A stretch of 64,000 nt of DNA from the NCBI GenBank assembly GCA_963819655.1, contig CAWFXA010000002.1, forward strand, positions 480,001-544,000, written 5' to 3'. Every line of letters begins with the position of its first letter. The first letter of the stretch is position 1. This DNA is from an uncultured Chloroflexia bacterium (GTDB taxonomy: Bacteria > Chloroflexota > Limnocylindria > Limnocylindrales > CSP1-4). A model generated the notes under the pieces. That model saw only the letters and a program-made list of their open reading frames with translations, was not told the origin of the DNA and did no database searches. Shown one piece after another: positions 41,593 through 53,046 of this stretch. The translations under genes and the position numbers were made by a program.

Positions 41593-43861
41593 CACGGCGC
41601 CTGTCCGGTACCTGCCCGCGCGAGCGGCGCCCATCGTGAAGGCGACCGACCTGGGCTCGGTCCAGGTCCTCAAGCACGGCAACCGGTTCCTGCTGACCGA
41701 TTCATTCGGCGACATCCACCCGGATTCGCGCGGGCTCGGCCTGTATCACGGCGATACGCGCGTCCTGGCCTGCTCTGTGCTGCGGGTCGGCGGCAGCCGT
41801 CCGGTCCTGCTCCAGACGTCGGTCGGTGCCAACTATCGCGGCGGCATCCAATTGACCAACCCGTCGGCCGACCGGAACCCCGACGCGAAGGTCCACCCGG
41901 TCGATGGGCTGGTCGGGCGGACGATCGGGATCAGCCGCGAGCGGCTCATCGGCGCCGACGGTGTCTCGGAGCGCGTGAAGATCGTCAACCACGCCGGGAG
42001 CCCCGCGGCCGTGCCGGTCGATCTCGAGCTGGGCGCCGACGGCGCCGACATCTTCGAGGTGCGGGGCTATCCGCGCCGCGGTCGAGGTCGGCTCCTGCCG
42101 CTTGCGGCGACCGATCGGCGCATCACCTTCCGCTACGTCGGCCTCGACGACATCGAACGGTTCACCCACATCGCCTTCTCGGAGCCTGCCGCATCGGTCG
42201 AGCCGATCGATGACAGCTCGCCCGGGGGGTCGGATCGGGGCGCAGCGGTTCGCCTCGGCTGGACGCTGTCGCTCGGGCCCGGCGAGACACGCGTGTTGAG
42301 CTGGATCGTCTGGTGCACGGATCGCCCAGCCCCGCCGGACGCCACCGATGAGCCGTTCCGGCCGGCCGACCAAGCGGCTTTGTTCCCCGCGATCCCGCGC
42401 GTGTCCGCCGACGAGGGTGCCGCGGCGTATCACGCCTGGGAGCGCGGAACAGCGTCGGTCGTCAGCGACCACGAGCTGTTCAACCTCGTCATCAAGCGCT
42501 CCGTGTCCGACCTCCGACTGCTCGTGAATGACGGCCCGGGCGAGGACCAGCGCTACATCTCGGCGGGCGTTCCCTGGTTCACCACGCTGTTCGGGCGCGA
42601 TTCGCTGATCTCTGCCTTCCAGGCGCTGGCGTTCCGGCCGCAGATCGCAGTCGAGATCCTCGACGTGCTCGCGGCATACCAGGCGACGGAGGACGACCCG
42701 TTCCGGGACGCCGAGCCGGGCAAGATCCTGCACGAGCTGCGGACGGGCGAGATGGCACGTTCCGGGGAGCTGCCGCATACGCCGTACTACGGCTCGGTCG
42801 ACTCGACGCCGCTGTGGCTGATCCTGCTCGGCGCCACATTCGACTGGACCGGCGACCGCGCGATGGTCGATCGATTGTGGCCGAACGCGCTGGCGGCACT
42901 GTCCTGGATCGACACCTACGGCGATGCCGACGGCGACGGCTTCGTCGAGTACGAACGCCGCTCGGAGCGGGGGCTGCTCAACCAGGGCTGGAAGGATTCG
43001 AGCGACGCCATCCGCGACCGGAGCGGTCGGGAGGCCATCCCGCCCATCGCCCTTGCCGAGGTCCAGGGTTATGTCTTCGACGCGAAGCGGCGGATGGCGC
43101 GCCTCGCCGGGATGCGGGGCGAGATCGAGCTGGCCGCGCGCCTCGACGCCGAGGCCGACCAGCTCTCGACGCGCTTCGAGTCGGCGTTCTGGATCGAGGA
43201 CCGCCGGTTCTACGCCATCGGCCTCGACGCCGACAAGCGGCAGTCCGACGCGATCGGCAGCAATGCCGGCCAGTGCCTTTGGTCGGGCATCGTGTCGCCC
43301 GAGCGGGCGCCCGACGTCGTCGAGCAACTGCTCAGCCCGTCGATGTTCTCTGGCTGGGGCGTCCGCACATACGCCGCCGACCAGCCCGGCTACAACCCGA
43401 TCGGCTACCACACCGGGACGGTCTGGCCGCACGACACATCCCTGATCGCCGCGGGCTTCAAGCGGTACGGCTTTGACGATGCGTCGAACCGTCTCGCGAG
43501 CCAGATGATGGAGGCAGCGCAGGGCTTCCAGGACTACCGGCTGCCGGAGCTGTTCTGCGGCTTCGATCGCACCGATGCCCACATGCCGGTCCCGTACCCG
43601 GTCGCCTGTTCCCCGCAGGCGTGGGCCGCGGGATCGTCGTTCCTGTTCCTCGAGACCATGCTGGGTCTCCGCGCGCATGCCGACCGGAACGAGCTTGAGC
43701 TGCTCCACCCGCACCTCCCCGACTGGCTCGGCAAGGTCACGCTGACCGACCTGCGCATCGGCGACGCATCCGTCGACCTGCTGTTCCATCGGTGGCGCGG
43801 CACGACCAGCGCCGAGGTGCTGCGCAAGGTCGGCGACCTCGCCGTCACGATCCGACTCTGA
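41579..43861 (+). CDS. amylo-alpha-1,6-glucosidase / glycogen debranching family protein
   Basis: [56 protein letters not shown]. Confidence 0.92.
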
Positions 43862-43869
43862 CGCGCCCG

Positions 43870-44783
43870 ATGACCGCGACCCGCGCGCTGGTGGAAGCCG
43901 GCACCGAGCGCCTACGCGCGGCAGGATCCGACACGCCGCGTCTGGATTCCGAGCTCCTGCTCGCGTTCGCGATCGGCGTCGACCGGACGGCCGTCATCGC
44001 CCACGCCGACGCGCCGGTCGGGGTCGACGCGGAATCGCAGTACCTGGCCCTGATCGATCGGCGGGAACTGGGCGAGCCGGTGGCCTACCTGCGCGGCATC
44101 AAGGAATTCCACGGGATCGCGTTGTCGGTGGACGCGCGAGCGCTCATCCCGAGGCCAGAGACCGAGTTGCTCGTCGACCGGGCGATCGCCGAGGTCATGG
44201 CCGGCCTGACCGGCGGGGTCGACAGAGCCGGCCCTCTTCGCGTCGTCGACGTCGGGACCGGCAGCGGCGCGGTCGTCGTTGCGTTGGCGGTCGCCCTGCG
44301 CGCACGGCGGGTGCCTCCGACCGACATCGAGATCACCGCGGTCGACATCTCGATGGACGCTCTCGATCTGGCGCGCGAGAACGCCGTAGTCCATGGGGTC
44401 GGAGACCGGATCGCGTTCGAATCGGCCGACCTGCTGCCGCCGGCCGCGCGGTCGAATCCCTATGACCTCGTCATTGCGAACCTTCCGTATGTGAGGACCT
44501 CGGAGCTCGACGCGCTCGCCGGGCGGCCCGTCAGCACGACGTTCGAACCGCGGCTCGCGCTCGACGGCGGCGCCGACGGACTGGCGGTCATCGGGCGCCT
44601 CCTCGACCAGCTGCCGTGGGGACTCGCCGACGACGGCGAGGCCCTCCTCGAGATCGGCGCGGACCAGGGCCCGGCGATCGCGGCACTGACAGCCGAGAGC
44701 GTCTGCCGGCATGGTCGTGCGACATCGTCCCGGACCTCGCCGGCCTGCCGCGGGTCGTCGCGCTCCGTCGGGGCGCGACGTGA
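43870..44783 (+). CDS. prmC: release factor glutamine methyltransferase, apparent frameshift near 44697
   Basis: LIPRPETE, DVGTGSG, ANLPY, ALDGGADG; DLAGLPRV C-terminus in shifted frame ends TGA 44783 overlapping next GTG. Confidence 0.9.
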
Positions 44784-45754
44784 CGCTGACCGCCGCGGGC
44801 ACGTCGCTGCTGCCGGCGTCCCTGCCCGTGACGCCGGATCCGGCGTTCCCGATCCGGCTCATCGCGCTCGATATCGACGGCACGATCATCGGCGACGACC
44901 AGGAGATCACCACGCGGACGATCGAGGCTGTCCGCCACGCGATGGAGCGAGACGTCGCGGTCTCGCTGGTGACGGGCCGGATGGTGTCGTCGGCGATGCG
45001 GTTCGCCGCGGAGCTGGGCCTCACTGGCCCCATCGTCGGCTACCAGGGCGGCCTCATCCGCGCCATGCCGATGCCGGATACCCGTCGCCTCGGCAAGTTG
45101 CTCCTCCATACGCCGCTCCCCGCGGACGCGGCACGGGACATCCTGACGTGGACCCAGGCCCACGGCCTCGATCCGCACGTCAACCACCTGGAGCGCTTCA
45201 TCCTGCGCGCCGACGACCCACGCGCCGACGACTACTCGGCGTTCATGGGGGCGAGGGCCGAGCTCGTCCCCGACCTCTTCGAAGCGATCGACCATCCCGT
45301 GACGAAGATCCTCGCCGTCGGGGAGCCGCCGGTGCCGGTCGATATCGCGCCGCTCGCCCGGGCCGAGTTCGCGGGCAGGGCCGATGTGACGATCTCCCAC
45401 CCGCGGTTCCTCGAATTCGTGGCGCCCGGCGTCTCGAAGGGCCGGGCCGTCCGCTTCCTCGCCCGTCGCCTGCGCATCGCGCTGGCTGCGACGCTCGCGA
45501 TCGGCGACCAGTGGAACGATCTGGAGATGCTCGCCGAGGTCGGACACGGGACGGCGATGCCGAGCGCGCCGCCTGAGGTGCGCGCCACGGCCCGCTATGT
45601 CGCCCCACCCCTCGCCGATGATGGTGCCGCACGCATGATCGAGGACCTCGTCCTGGCCTCGCCGCGGGACATCATGGCGAACGCCGACCGCCTCGAGCGC
45701 GCCTCGCTGGAGGCGGCCGCTGGAGGCGACCCGATGATGGACGTGGCCCGATGA
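44780..45754 (+). CDS. Cof-type HAD-IIB hydrolase
   Basis: LIALDIDGT, VTGR, SKGRA, IGDQWNDLEML. Confidence 0.92.
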   Translation: MTLTAAGTSLLPASLPVTPDPAFPIRLIALDIDGTIIGDDQEITTRTIEAVRHAMERDVAVSLVTGRMVSSAMRFAAELGLTGPIVGYQGGLIRAMPMPDTRRLGKLLLHTPLPADAARDILTWTQAHGLDPHVNHLERFILRADDPRADDYSAFMGARAELVPDLFEAIDHPVTKILAVGEPPVPVDIAPLARAEFAGRADVTISHPRFLEFVAPGVSKGRAVRFLARRLRIALAATLAIGDQWNDLEMLAEVGHGTAMPSAPPEVRATARYVAPPLADDGAARMIEDLVLASPRDIMANADRLERASLEAAAGGDPMMDVAR

Positions 45755-46398
45755 CGGCCCGCGTACTGCGCGACGATGCGGCCGGACGCGACGCGGCGAT
45801 CGAGGTCCTGCGCGGCGGTGGCATCGTTGCCCTGCCGACCGACACCGTCTACGGCATCGCGGTCGCGGTCGCGACGCCGGGCGGCATCGAGCGGCTGTTC
45901 GAGGTCAAGGGTCGACCGCCCGACAAAGCGATCATGCTGCTCCTCGACGATGCGACCCAGGCGGCGCGTGCCGGCGTGATGACTCCGGCGGCCGCGGCGC
46001 TCGCCGCCGCGGCCTGGCCAGGCGGGCTGAGCATCATCGTCGCGCAGCGGTCCGACGTCCCGTGGCCGTCAGTGCTGACAGGCGGGGCGGCCACGATCGG
46101 TCTGCGGGTGCCCGACCACGATGCCCCGCGAGCCCTCGCGCGCGGCGTGGGACCGCTGCCGACGACGTCGGCGAACGTGTCCGGTCTGCCGGTCGTCAGC
46201 GATGCTGCCGGGATCGTGGAGCAGCTCGGGGACGCTATCGACCTCGTGCTCGACGGCGGGAAGGCGCACGGTGGCCCGGCCTCGACGATCGTCGATTGCA
46301 CCGGCGCCGTGCCGGTCGTCGTGCGGGTTGGCGCCGTCCCTGTCATCGACGTCGCCGCGATCCTCGATCGGGCCGGCGTCGAGCACGACCTCACCTAG
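45751..46398 (+). CDS. tsaC: L-threonylcarbamoyladenylate synthase (TsaC/Sua5)
   Basis: PTDTVYG, KGRP, WPGGL, GLRVPDH, TTSANVSG, STIVD. Confidence 0.93.
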   Translation: MTARVLRDDAAGRDAAIEVLRGGGIVALPTDTVYGIAVAVATPGGIERLFEVKGRPPDKAIMLLLDDATQAARAGVMTPAAAALAAAAWPGGLSIIVAQRSDVPWPSVLTGGAATIGLRVPDHDAPRALARGVGPLPTTSANVSGLPVVSDAAGIVEQLGDAIDLVLDGGKAHGGPASTIVDCTGAVPVVVRVGAVPVIDVAAILDRAGVEHDLT

Positions 46399-46407
46399 GC
46401 GAGACGC

Positions 46408-47532
46408 CTACCCGTTCCTGCCGCGGGCGTCGACCGGCCACGTGCCGGCAAGCTCGCCGCCCCGGACGACGAGGAACGAATCGACGAGGTTCACGACCGG
46501 GCAGATGTGGTTCGGGATCACGGTCACGACACGACCGACCTCCGGCATCCGATCCCCCGGGGCGATGTCCACGATCCCGTGATAGTCGGCGACGCGCGCG
46601 ACGACCGCGCCGCCGAGCTCCGGGATCTCGCCGTGGCCGGGCATGTAGGACGCGACGTCCTTGCCCAGGATCTTGCCCCCGGCGTCGAGCACGAACCGGT
46701 GTTCGGCTTCGTTCACGCTGACGACCCGGGCGGCCACGACCGCCGCGACGGCATCCGGCTCGATCGACCCCAGGACGACCTGTTGCCGGTCGCCGAACAC
46801 GTACGTCCCGGGACGCTCCTCCGTGACGGCGCCGCGCGCCGAGTCGACCGCGGTCGGGGTCGACCCGGCGCTCACGACCCGCGCCTCCACGCCCACAGTG
46901 TTGAGAGAGCTCGCGGCCGCGGTCAGCGATCGGACCTCGTCGTCGGCGGCGTCCGCCCGAGCGTCCGGGCCGGCATAGCCGTGGCCGCCGTGCGTGAAGA
47001 CGCCGATGACCGTGAGCCCGAAGTCGCTCGCGATCCGTGCGACCTCTGCGGCGCCCGACGGCGCCACGCCGCTGCGCCGCCCGCCGGAATCGATCTCGAT
47101 GAGCAGCTCGACTGCGTCACGATCCGGTCCCAAGGCGTCGGCGACCGCTCGGACACCGCCCGCCGAATCGACGCCGACCCGAATGCGACTGCGGCGCGCG
47201 AGCGCCCTCAACCTGGCCGCCTTCGGTCCGCGCGGCACGAGCGGATACGAGATGAACAGGTCGTCCAGTCCGGCGTCGGCGAAGACCTCGGCCTCGCCGA
47301 TCGTCCCGACCGTCAGTCCGGCGGCCCCTGCAGCAAGCTGGCGGCGGCCGACCTCGATGCTCTTGTGGGTCTTGGCGTGCGGCCGGAGGTCGACGCCGCG
47401 GTCCGCCATGACAGCCGCCATCCGCCCGACTGCGGCGTCCAGCCGATCGAGGTCGACGACGACCGCAGGCGTATCGATGGCCTCGCGCGTCTGCGTTGAC
47501 AGGGACGGGGCCTCGATCGTCGGAGTTGGCAT
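46408..47532 (-). CDS. DSD1/D-threonine aldolase family PLP enzyme
   Basis: DTPAVVVD, RPHAKTHK, EIDSGGRRSG, GSTPT, ERPGTYVFGD, PNHIC. Confidence 0.9.
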   Translation of the reverse strand: MPTPTIEAPSLSTQTREAIDTPAVVVDLDRLDAAVGRMAAVMADRGVDLRPHAKTHKSIEVGRRQLAAGAAGLTVGTIGEAEVFADAGLDDLFISYPLVPRGPKAARLRALARRSRIRVGVDSAGGVRAVADALGPDRDAVELLIEIDSGGRRSGVAPSGAAEVARIASDFGLTVIGVFTHGGHGYAGPDARADAADDEVRSLTAAASSLNTVGVEARVVSAGSTPTAVDSARGAVTEERPGTYVFGDRQQVVLGSIEPDAVAAVVAARVVSVNEAEHRFVLDAGGKILGKDVASYMPGHGEIPELGGAVVARVADYHGIVDIAPGDRMPEVGRVVTVIPNHICPVVNLVDSFLVVRGGELAGTWPVDARGRNG

Positions 47533-47654
47533 CGGACTTCGGGTCGACCTCGTGCTCGATGGGGTGACGTTCGTGGGAAGATACCCCGAGCGTGCCGCCG
47601 AGCGGGGTGGCCGCCGGGTGGGGGCGCTCGCGGGCAGGAAGGAGCCGGCAACGC

Positions 47655-48983
47655 ATGACCATCTCCCAGGGGCGCGGGCTCGCGCTCGAGTCGATCGCCG
47701 AGATCGATCCAGCGCTGTGGGAGGCGATGCAGGGCGAGCGGCGCCGTCAGCACGACAACATCGAGCTCATCGCAAGCGAGAACTACGTCTCGGCCGCGGT
47801 CATGGAGGCGCAGGGCAGCTGGCTCACGAACAAGTACGCCGAGGGGCTGCCCGGGAAGCGCTACTACGGCGGCTGCGAGTTCGTCGACATCGCCGAAACG
47901 CTCGCCCAGGAGCGGGCACTGGCGCTGTACCCCGGCGCGGAGCACGTCAATGTCCAGCCGCACTCGGGCGCACAGGCGAACATGGCGGCCTATTTCAGCG
48001 TGCTGCAGCCGGGCGACCCGATCCTCGGCATGAACCTCGCGCACGGTGGTCACCTCACGCACGGCATGGCCCTCAACTTCAGCGGCAAGCTGTACCAGGT
48101 CCACGCCTACGGTGTCCGCCAGGACGACGAGCGCATCGACTACGACGCGATGGAAGCCCAGGCGAAGGAGGTTCGCCCCAAGCTCATCGTGGGGGGTGCG
48201 AGCGCCTACCCGCGGCTGTGGGATTTCGAGCGCATGGCGGCGATAGCGCATGGCGTGGGGGCGCTACTGTTCGTCGACATGGCGCACGTCGCCGGGCTGG
48301 TCGCGGCAGGCGTGCATCCGAGCCCGTTCCCGTACGCCGACATCGTCACGACCACGACCCACAAGACGCTCCGCGGGCCGCGCGGCGGCATGATCTTCGC
48401 GCGCGCCGGGCTGCCTGACGGCATCGACCCCGCGAACTTCCCGGCGCTCAAGGGAGCGCTCGGTCCCGCGGTCGACAAGACGGTCTTCCCGGGCGTCCAG
48501 GGCGGGCCGCTCATGCACGTCATCGCCGGCAAGGCCGTCGCGTTCAAGCTCGCGGCCGAGGAGCCGTTCCGCGAGGACCAGCACCGCACGGTCCGGAATG
48601 CCGCCGTCCTTGCCGAGACCGTCGCGGAGCAGGGTGCCCGCGTCGTGTCGGGCGGCACGGACAACCACCTGATGCTCGTCGACGTGACGCCGCTCGGCGT
48701 GACTGGCAAGGAGGCGGAGCACCTGCTTGACGAGATCGGGATCACCGTCAACAAGAACGGCATCCCGTTCGATCCGCTGCCGCCCAACACGGCCTCGGGC
48801 ATCCGGCTGGGCACGCCGGCCACCACGTCCCGTGGCTTCGGCGAGGACGAGATGCGCAGCGTCGGGCGCATCATCATCGAGGCCATCCGTTCCCGCGACG
48901 ACGACGCGGTCCAGCGTCGGCTTGCCGGCGAGGTCGCCGACATCGTCGCGCGCTTCCCTGTCCCGGGGCTGCCGGCAGCGTGA
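47655..48983 (+). CDS. glyA: serine hydroxymethyltransferase
   Basis: [44 protein letters not shown]. Confidence 0.98.
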   Translation: MTISQGRGLALESIAEIDPALWEAMQGERRRQHDNIELIASENYVSAAVMEAQGSWLTNKYAEGLPGKRYYGGCEFVDIAETLAQERALALYPGAEHVNVQPHSGAQANMAAYFSVLQPGDPILGMNLAHGGHLTHGMALNFSGKLYQVHAYGVRQDDERIDYDAMEAQAKEVRPKLIVGGASAYPRLWDFERMAAIAHGVGALLFVDMAHVAGLVAAGVHPSPFPYADIVTTTTHKTLRGPRGGMIFARAGLPDGIDPANFPALKGALGPAVDKTVFPGVQGGPLMHVIAGKAVAFKLAAEEPFREDQHRTVRNAAVLAETVAEQGARVVSGGTDNHLMLVDVTPLGVTGKEAEHLLDEIGITVNKNGIPFDPLPPNTASGIRLGTPATTSRGFGEDEMRSVGRIIIEAIRSRDDDAVQRRLAGEVADIVARFPVPGLPAA

Positions 48984-49008
48984 TCAACGCGCGCTCGGCC
49001 GCCCGGTC

Positions 49009-50142
49009 GTGACGTTCATCGAGGGGGTCGGCGAGAGCTTCCTGCCCATCGTCGCAGTCTTCGTCCTCTCAACCCTCGTGGCGCTCCTCTTGACGCCGCT
49101 CGTCCGTCGCACGGTGCGGCGCTATGGCATCGTCGATCGGCCGGATGCGCGGCGCGTCAACACCCGGCCGATCCCGCGCGCCGGTGGGATCGCGATCGCC
49201 GCGGCCTTCCTCGGCGTCGCGGTCCCGTTCGTTGCGCTCAACGAGGCGAATGGCTGGGTGCCGACGCCGCTCAACATCAAGCTGGGCGACCTGGCCGCCC
49301 TGTTCGTCGGCGGCCTCGCGGCAGCGATCATCGGCGTCCTCGACGACCTGTACGACCTCCGGGCGCGCTGGCAGCTCCTGGGCCAGGTCGGGCTCGCGCT
49401 CGCGGCCGCCGCCCTCGGCATCGGCATCGCCCTCATCAACAACCCCCTCGGAGCGGGCGTCATCCCGTTCAACCCGGCCTTTTCGGTCGGGTTCACGGTG
49501 TTCTGGATCGTCGGGATGATCAACAGCATCAACTGGATCGACGGTCTCGACGGGCTGAGCACCGGGGTCGCCCTGATCGCGTCCGTGACGCTGGGCCTGA
49601 TCAGCCTCACCACGCAGGTCAGCCAGCCGCTCATCGCGGTGCTGTGCTTCGCGTTGGCGGGCGCACTGGCCGGGTTCCTGCGCTGGAACTTCTACCCGGC
49701 CAAGATCTTTACCGGGACGACCGGCGTGCAGTTCGTGGGTTACACGCTGGCCGTGCTGGCGATCCTCGGCTCGGCCAAGGTCGCGGTCGCCCTGCTCGTC
49801 CTCGGCGTGCCGATCATCGACACGTTCTGGATCATCGTCGGGCGCGTGTCACACCGTCGCTCGCCGTTCACCCCTGATCGGTCGCATATCCACCACCGCC
49901 TGCTGGACCTCGGGCTGTCGCACCGCAATACGGTGCTGTTCATCTACGGGATCTGTGTGGGGCTCGCGATCCTGGCACTGCTCGTCCAGGAGGTCGCGCA
50001 GGCCTACGCGTTCATCAGCCTGTTCATCATCGCCGGGCTGATCCTGTTCGGACCGACGCGCGGGGCATTCCAGCGTCCCGATGAACTCGAGGCCGAGGCA
50101 TACGAGGGGGCCGTGGACGACACGATGCGAGGTGGCGCCTAG
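49009..50142 (+). CDS. MraY-family (WecA/TagO-like) undecaprenyl-phosphate sugar-1-phosphate transferase
   Basis: DRPDARR...PRAGG, GVLDD, NWIDGLDGL, WNFYPAKIF, HIHHRL. Confidence 0.92.
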   Translation: MTFIEGVGESFLPIVAVFVLSTLVALLLTPLVRRTVRRYGIVDRPDARRVNTRPIPRAGGIAIAAAFLGVAVPFVALNEANGWVPTPLNIKLGDLAALFVGGLAAAIIGVLDDLYDLRARWQLLGQVGLALAAAALGIGIALINNPLGAGVIPFNPAFSVGFTVFWIVGMINSINWIDGLDGLSTGVALIASVTLGLISLTTQVSQPLIAVLCFALAGALAGFLRWNFYPAKIFTGTTGVQFVGYTLAVLAILGSAKVAVALLVLGVPIIDTFWIIVGRVSHRRSPFTPDRSHIHHRLLDLGLSHRNTVLFIYGICVGLAILALLVQEVAQAYAFISLFIIAGLILFGPTRGAFQRPDELEAEAYEGAVDDTMRGGA

Positions 50143-50231
50143 GAGTCGCCGACCCCGGGGCGCGCGCGCAACGCCACGTCCCGTGTCGGTGTCGGCGCGG
50201 CACCCGGCCGGTGCTAGCATCGAGTCGACGA

Positions 50232-50786
50232 ATGCCCATCGATCTGCCTGTCGTCCTCCTCATCGCGGCCGTCGCGCTGGTCGTAGCTTCGACCGTCGCG
50301 CAACGGGCCGGCGCCCATGCCGATCGAGAGGCCGGCCGCCTTCGCGTCGCGCACGCTGATCGGCGTGGGCCGATCGGTGCGGTCGTGGACGTCCTGGACA
50401 AGTCGGTGGCCGCCTACACCGTGCGCACGCGCCTCGGCCTGTCGACCATGACGCGGGAAGAGCGTCGGGCAGCCGATCAGCGAGCGGCCGCCATCGCCCA
50501 TGCCGAGGACATCAGGCGAGTCCGCATCGGTGCGCCGAAGCGGTTGGTCGTGGCCGGATCGGCGGGACACGGGGCGCCGGTCGGGACGCCCGCGCGCTCT
50601 ACGCTCTCGGTCGAACTGCTGGCCGCCGGTCTCGGCCTCGTGGTCGTCGTCGGGATCGTCATCGGGATGTGGCCGCAAGAGCGTGGCGGGGTCCTGTCGG
50701 CGACCGGCGCGCCGGCCGTGTCGGCCGCTCCGAGCCCCGTTGCGACACCCTCGCCGACGGCGTCTCCGGAGCCCGCTGCGACCTGA
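50232..50786 (+). CDS. hypothetical membrane protein
   Basis: Two hydrophobic helices, Pro/Ser/Thr tail. Confidence 0.6.
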   Translation: MPIDLPVVLLIAAVALVVASTVAQRAGAHADREAGRLRVAHADRRGPIGAVVDVLDKSVAAYTVRTRLGLSTMTREERRAADQRAAAIAHAEDIRRVRIGAPKRLVVAGSAGHGAPVGTPARSTLSVELLAAGLGLVVVVGIVIGMWPQERGGVLSATGAPAVSAAPSPVATPSPTASPEPAAT

Positions 50787-50814
50787 CCTTCGTTGGCGAC
50801 CGAAGTCGCGCAGA

Positions 50815-50823
50815 TGCTACAAT
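50815..50823 (+). promoter_or_regulatory. extended -10 promoter of atp operon
   Basis: TGCTACAAT (TGnTANAAT) 23 nt upstream of the first atp gene. Confidence 0.55.
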
Positions 50824-50846
50824 CCGGCTGCCTTGACAGGTCGTCG

Positions 50847-51068
50847 ATGATCGAGCCCGGCCGGGGTGGGGCGTACATCGTCCTCTTCTCGGAGATCGGG
50901 ATCTCACTCCTGATCACGACCCTGCTCGGCGTACTCGTCGGCTATTGGATCGACCAGCAGCTCGGGACGATTCCGATCTTCGTACTCGTCGGTTTCTTCG
51001 TCGGCGCCGGAGGGGGCGCGCTGACGACCTACAGACTGGTCATGAGGTTCCTCAAGTCGATGGAATGA
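50847..51068 (+). CDS. AtpZ/AtpI family protein
   Basis: GYWIDQQLGTIPIFVLVG motif, first in atp operon. Confidence 0.85.
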   Translation: MIEPGRGGAYIVLFSEIGISLLITTLLGVLVGYWIDQQLGTIPIFVLVGFFVGAGGGALTTYRLVMRFLKSME

Positions 51069-51143
51069 GGTCGGGCCAGCCGGCCGGAGAGAGGTAGCGA
51101 GCGCGGCGGAACGCCGCGCTCCTGTGTGTGGAGCGGAGGAAGT

Positions 51144-52160
51144 TTGTCGAGCGAGCAGGTCGTCCCCCAGGACCCTGAAGCCCTGCCGGCGCCGCGAGGG
51201 CGTGGGCTGTCGTCGCGCTGGTTCGCGTTGATCGGACTGGTGATCGTGGGGAACATCGTCGCCTTCATCCTCGTTCCGCCCTTCCCGCGTGGGGGCCAGC
51301 CTGGCGAGGCGTGCGCGTACCCCGTCTGCTTCATCAATGGCACACTCGAGTTCCCCGCGCCGCACACGGTCATCGGCCCCCACGCCCCGGCCGACCAGCT
51401 CGTCACGTTCACGCCGAGCATCAGCTCCACGATCCTCACGATGTGGATCGTGATGGCGATCGTGCTCGTCGCGGTCATCTTGATGACCCGGGGTCGCCAG
51501 CTCTTGCCTGGGCGGGCGCAGAACGCCTTCGAGTTCCTCTACGAATTCATGGGCGACTTCGGGGTCAGCATCGCCGGGCAGGCGGCCCGCCCGTACATCC
51601 CGCTCTTCATCGCGTTCTTCATCCTCATCCTGTTCTCGAACTGGAGCGGCCTCATCCCGCCGGTCGGCCGCGTCGAGCAGCTCCGCGCCCCGACGAGCGA
51701 CGTGAACGTCACGATCGGCCTGGCGCTCGTGAGCTTCGTCTACTTCGAATTCCAGGGGTTCCGCCGCCTCGGCGTCCGCGGCTATCTGGGCAAGTTCTTC
51801 CCGCTCTACGAGTTCCGCAACGGCATCGCGGCGGGCGGCATCGCCCTCTTCGTCGGTCTGGTCGAGCTTATGCTCGAGTTCGTCAAGCCCGTCACGCTCT
51901 CGATGCGACTCTTCGGCAACATCTACGGCGGCGAGGTCGCGCTCGGCGTGATCACCGCCCTGACCGTCGCCTTCGTCCCCGTGGCGTTGCTCGGGCTGGA
52001 GGTCATGCTCAACGCCATCCAGGCGCTGATCTTCTCCGTCCTGACGCTCATCTTCATCACCCTCGCGATCGAGAGCCACGAGCATGAGGAGGGGCACGTC
52101 GCCGAGGAGGCGATCGACGTCATCGAAGGTGAGGGTCATAAGCTCCAGCCAGCCCATTGA
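51144..52160 (+). CDS. atpB: ATP synthase Fo subunit a
   Basis: PGRAQN, PTSDVN, LSMRLFGN, IQALIF; TTG start after GGAGG. Confidence 0.95.
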   Translation: MSSEQVVPQDPEALPAPRGRGLSSRWFALIGLVIVGNIVAFILVPPFPRGGQPGEACAYPVCFINGTLEFPAPHTVIGPHAPADQLVTFTPSISSTILTMWIVMAIVLVAVILMTRGRQLLPGRAQNAFEFLYEFMGDFGVSIAGQAARPYIPLFIAFFILILFSNWSGLIPPVGRVEQLRAPTSDVNVTIGLALVSFVYFEFQGFRRLGVRGYLGKFFPLYEFRNGIAAGGIALFVGLVELMLEFVKPVTLSMRLFGNIYGGEVALGVITALTVAFVPVALLGLEVMLNAIQALIFSVLTLIFITLAIESHEHEEGHVAEEAIDVIEGEGHKLQPAH

Positions 52161-52230
52161 CGGGTCCGACCACCAACGGTCCCAACAACTTTCCGGTCGA
52201 TAGGACCGGGCAGTAGGAGGAAGTCACGAC

Positions 52231-52449
52231 ATGGATTACTTCGGCGCCGGACTCGCCGCCCTTGGGGTGATCGGCCCAGGCATCGGGGTCGGCATCATCG
52301 GCGGCCTCTCCGCCCAGGCGATCGGTCGCAACCCTGACGCCGCGGGCCAGATCCGCGGCATCGCGATCATCCTCGCGGCGTTCGCCGAGGGCCTTGGCGT
52401 CCTCGCCATCGTGGTCGGCCTGCTGGCGATCTTCATCCAGCCCGCGTAG
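52231..52449 (+). CDS. atpE: ATP synthase Fo subunit c
   Basis: GxGxG, RNP loop, essential Glu in AFAEGL. Confidence 0.96.
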   Translation: MDYFGAGLAALGVIGPGIGVGIIGGLSAQAIGRNPDAAGQIRGIAIILAAFAEGLGVLAIVVGLLAIFIQPA

Positions 52450-52473
52450 CCCTTCCGGCAGGGAGAGACCATC

Positions 52474-53046
52474 GTGGATGTCCTCGCCGTCGCGTCCGAA
52501 GTCGGTCGCGCGGCCGCTCAGCTGACCGCGGAGGAAGGTGGGGCTGCGCTGTTCCAGGTCAACCTGTTCTGGGTGATCGTCAGCGCGCTGAACTTCATCG
52601 TCTTCTTCGTGCTCATCTGGACTTTCGCGTTCAAGCCCGTCTCGAAGATGCTCGACGATCGGCGCGAGCGGATCGAGCAGGGGCTCAAGGATGCCGAGCA
52701 GGCGCGCCGCGATCGGGAGAGCGCCGAAGCCGAACGCGTCGCCACCCTCGCGGAAGCCCGCAAGGAGGCGAACGACATCCTGGCGCGAGCCCAGAAGGTC
52801 GCCCAGGAGACCCGCGATGCCGACCTGACCGCGACCCGTGCCGAGTTGGAGCGGATACGTGAACGGGCGGCGAGCGACATCGAAGCGGAGAAGCAGCGAG
52901 CGATCGCCGAGCTCCGCGGCGAGGTCGCCGATCTGGCCCTGGCCGCCGCTAGTCGCGTGCTGGGCGAGTCGCTGACCGACGATCGCCAGCGCCGGCTGGT
53001 GCGTGACTTCCTGGCATCACCCGATGTCGGGGATTCCAAGAACTGA
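52474..53046 (+). CDS. atpF: ATP synthase Fo subunit b
   Basis: TM then FKPV..MLDDRRERI coiled coil. Confidence 0.95.
   Translation: MDVLAVASEVGRAAAQLTAEEGGAALFQVNLFWVIVSALNFIVFFVLIWTFAFKPVSKMLDDRRERIEQGLKDAEQARRDRESAEAERVATLAEARKEANDILARAQKVAQETRDADLTATRAELERIRERAASDIEAEKQRAIAELRGEVADLALAAASRVLGESLTDDRQRRLVRDFLASPDVGDSKN

Noticed and set aside
43792-45576. 594-aa PrmC fusion protein
   Set aside because: Product of the frameshift near 44697; the extension is out-of-frame HAD sequence
47533-47654. Glycine or ZTP riboswitch upstream of glyA
   Set aside because: Consensus elements not found; short divergent intergenic region
52231-52449. Na+-coupled ATP synthase
   Set aside because: Subunit c lacks the Q...ES/T sodium-binding signature (has AEG)
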